Source: Stegostoma tigrinum (taxonomy: Eukaryota). From it: 64,000 nt of DNA. The stretch lies in assembly GCF_030684315.1 (NCBI RefSeq), contig NC_081384.1:16716818-16780817 (forward strand). The letters are read 5' to 3'. The notes under the pieces are model-generated. The model did not search any database and was not told the origin of the DNA. It was given only the letters and a program-made list of their open reading frames with translations. Below are positions 61,386 through 64,000 of this stretch, one piece after another. Numbering within the stretch: the first letter of the stretch is position 1; each line of letters starts with the position of its first letter. The position numbers were made by a program, and so were the translations under genes.

Positions 61386-62609
61386 ATAACTGACATATAA
61401 AGAGGCATATAGTTAAGACCTGCAATAAGAATTTCTGCTGTGGGCCAATTTGGTAATTGAGGTAGAACTGTGCTTAAAGTTGTGCTAATTTTCAGAAGCA
61501 AACTTTTGCTCAGGTTTTGTCTCAAATATTTTGTCTCATATTTCTACACCACCAAGAATAAAATCTACCTTGAACCAGCGCAATTGGGCATTTTTGATTG
61601 TTCAACTAAAATTTGGATTCAGAATTATTCTTTGAAATATTTAAGAGGGATAATCGGCACAGTTTTACTCATATGGCCGAAAATGTGTTTCTCATTAAAA
61701 AAAATAAACATTTTAATGAGAGTGTCTAATCGAGGACCTGTGAATAATCCAACCACAAATCAGTGAAAATAAAAATGAAATCCTAAACAATTGAATAATC
61801 TCATTTGCATACACCAGTTTCTTAACAAATTATTGGATAATTAATAGTATTTAAAGGTATTTAATAATGCATACTTTTTTTAAGAAAGTTTTTTTTAAGA
61901 GTCTACTTAAATTCTATCTGTTGAATTGTTTCAAATTTCAAATGCTCTGTAACAATGAGAGGAAGAATGATTAGTTCTCTTTTTAACCTCATCATGGTAT
62001 GTCATGACAGCTTTTTTTTAAATTCTTAGCATGCAACCTGTACATTTTGATCAAACATGGTGAAATGAGTAACTTCCTCAATGTCCTCGTGAGACATCAG
62101 CCAAGGGGCTCTCTATTAATGTCTACCAAAACCCACCCTCAATCAGTATACATAGTGATTCCTGCAGTTCTGCACACCATACAATTGTCCTTATTGGCAA
62201 ACTCATAAATAGGCCCTCAGCCTTTTCATCACAATGCGTGCTTAATGGTGAAAGGAAGAAAAAAAACAACTCAGAGTACTCAGGATTACAAAGGTGTTTC
62301 CCCATCTTTACTCCTTTTACCACAGCCATACCTTATCTGTCTTTGTGTGTCTGCCTGGTAGTGAAGGGGGAAGTTTGAGGAGGGATAGATTTTAAGTTGT
62401 AGAATTAGAAGTTAGAAGTTCATAATGTCTAAATTACCAGAGGTGAAAGAAAATTAATTCATAATAAAGTTATTTTCATGTTAAGTATGGAAACCTGATG
62501 AGTGTTTTCTTTTAATATGACATCATCAGTCAAATAAATTGGGGACTTCTGTTTCAACTGAATGAGACAGGTCACAGCCATCTTCTGGTTCATTTTTCTG
62601 GGCAATGCA

Positions 62610-62835
62610 GAGAGCTGTTGTGGTGTAGTGGTAGTATTCCTACCTTTGAACGAGGAGACTTGGGTTCAAGTCCCACCTGTTTTACAGGTGTGTAATATCT
62701 TTGGTGAACAGGTTGATTTGAAAATAGGTTTAGAACACTGGAGAGAGGAATTCTTGTGTCCCCACCTCTCAGCCAGGAGATTTGGCTCCAAACCCAATTT
62801 GCTCCAGGGATGTGTCATAACAGTTTGATTTGAAA
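62610..62835 (+). mobile_element. Tandem pair of short tRNA-derived SINEs
   Basis: tggtgtagtggtagtattcctacc...gggttcaagtcccacctg...gaacaggttgatttgaaaat, followed by a second degenerate copy ending gtttgatttgaaaat. Confidence 0.7.
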
Positions 62836-62869
62836 ATGGATGCATAAACATATATAATTCAGGGCAATG

Positions 62870-63100
62870 CATTAACAAATCAGGGGCAAACTGTCTGGTT
62901 GAAAATTTAAACCCTGGTATTCTCTATGGCAAAACTGCAGCCAATCAGAGTTCAGTTGCCAAGCAATCAGCGCTTTCCCCTCATACGTATAATAATGTTT
63001 TCCTCCTGAGACTGATATTCTTGTAAATTGTTCTGATAAGTGCAAGATGAAAAGCTATGAGTAAATGTGTCTTTTTGCTGCAATGTTCAAGCTCTGTACT
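62870..63100 (+). mobile_element. Unclassified repeat with CCAAT/TATA-like motifs and a hammerhead-like 3' motif
   Basis: gccaatcagag...agcaatcagc...tataataa...ctgataagtgcaagatgaaaagct. Related to 22100-22550 and 33020-33260. Confidence 0.5.
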
Positions 63101-64000
63101 TTGAGATGTAAATAATGGGATCAAAATGAAGCACCAAACTACAAGGTTTCCTAAGTTAAAGAAAGGAGATTATTACCTACTATTCTAAGAAAATAATGAA
63201 AACATGACATCAAATAAAAGCACAAATCATGCAAAAATCATTAAAAAGGGAGCGGACTGGTGGTATCGGTATGTCTACAGACAGGATGGTAAAAGCATTT
63301 GTGATTTCAAGCTCTTAAAGACAATGAGTTGGTCAATTTTAAGCCTGAGACTTGCAGCTTAATTGTAAACTTGTATTGTGTGGCAGTGACAAACTTTGTA
63401 GATCTTGAATCTCAGTGAACATTTGTTGTTCTGAGTTGCTTTTTTGCTAGAATCGGACTTTTTGAGGTTCAAAGATAGACCGAAGGAGAGAACATCATCC
63501 ATTTCATTCTTACAAATCTGTACTTCTTTCTTTCCTCGCTGCTGCTTAAAATTACAGTTCAGTCTGTTTCCAGGAGTCTAATTCTGTTGTCTTTTTTCAA
63601 GTTATATAATCTGGAGATCTCTTTCATCCGAGTGTGCAACATTCAGAAAAGTTTGAATCAACCAGAAAGCACAGATCTAAGTCTCAGTACCTTTTACAAC
63701 AATGTCAATTTTGACTTAGACTGATCTTTGTTGACTTATGGGTTCATGAACTTTGTTAAAGCTGTTTAGGTGATTAAAGCAGTCATTTTAGGTCAACATT
63801 TATCCCTTCTAAAAATCATTGTTAGCATAGGAAATGACTCCAGCGTGCAAATCCAATGATTGAAGTTGAATATTGATAGTCCATGATTTCTATTATTATA
63901 ATAAAGTATACATTTTTAGTTAATTGAAGCATGACCTACTACTGACTAATTACGACCATGTCTCTAGAATCAAGTATCTAAACAGGGGAATAGGGTCCCT

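Noticed and set aside
62610-62690. tRNA gene
   Set aside because: A/B boxes are present but it continues into a repeated SINE body and has no convincing cloverleaf.
1-64000. Prokaryotic systems (CRISPR, operons, defence islands)
   Set aside because: No repeat-spacer array or gene-dense coding region. The window is vertebrate repeat-rich DNA.

Overview
Eukaryotic, repeat-dominated, non-coding DNA (intergenic or deep intronic). It is almost certainly from a cartilaginous fish (shark), judging by HE1 V-SINEs, HER1/CR1 LINEs with (GTTCTAT)n tails and a SacSINE1/Deu-type SINE. All family names were recognised by eye from remembered consensus sequences, not from a database search, and most boundaries are approximate. 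I found no host protein-coding gene, RNA gene or CRISPR array. Every long ORF in the track is a transposon fragment or the antisense frame of one. Main contents: two long decayed CR1 LINEs (3281-7015 with a nested copy; 43640-46997) and many CR1 3' fragments; an old two-LTR Gypsy element (39380-48074) with nested insertions; three Gypsy-like gag/protease relics with no recognisable RT or integrase (~1-3065, ~30775-32600, ~52458-54305); Rex1/Babar and L2/Crack-like LINE fragments; several SINE families; and Penelope-derived pieces. Most notable: (1) the gag-protease-only relics, one followed by ~2.3 kb of unidentified decayed coding-like sequence; (2) a duplication-inversion-duplication around a CR1 3' end (8112-8923); (3) a perfect 52-bp-arm palindromic mini-element with a 12-bp target-site duplication (17846-18018); (4) degenerate hammerhead-ribozyme-like motifs in two repeat families; (5) an LF-SINE-like element (61170-61385). 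I see no evidence for an intact novel multi-gene system.
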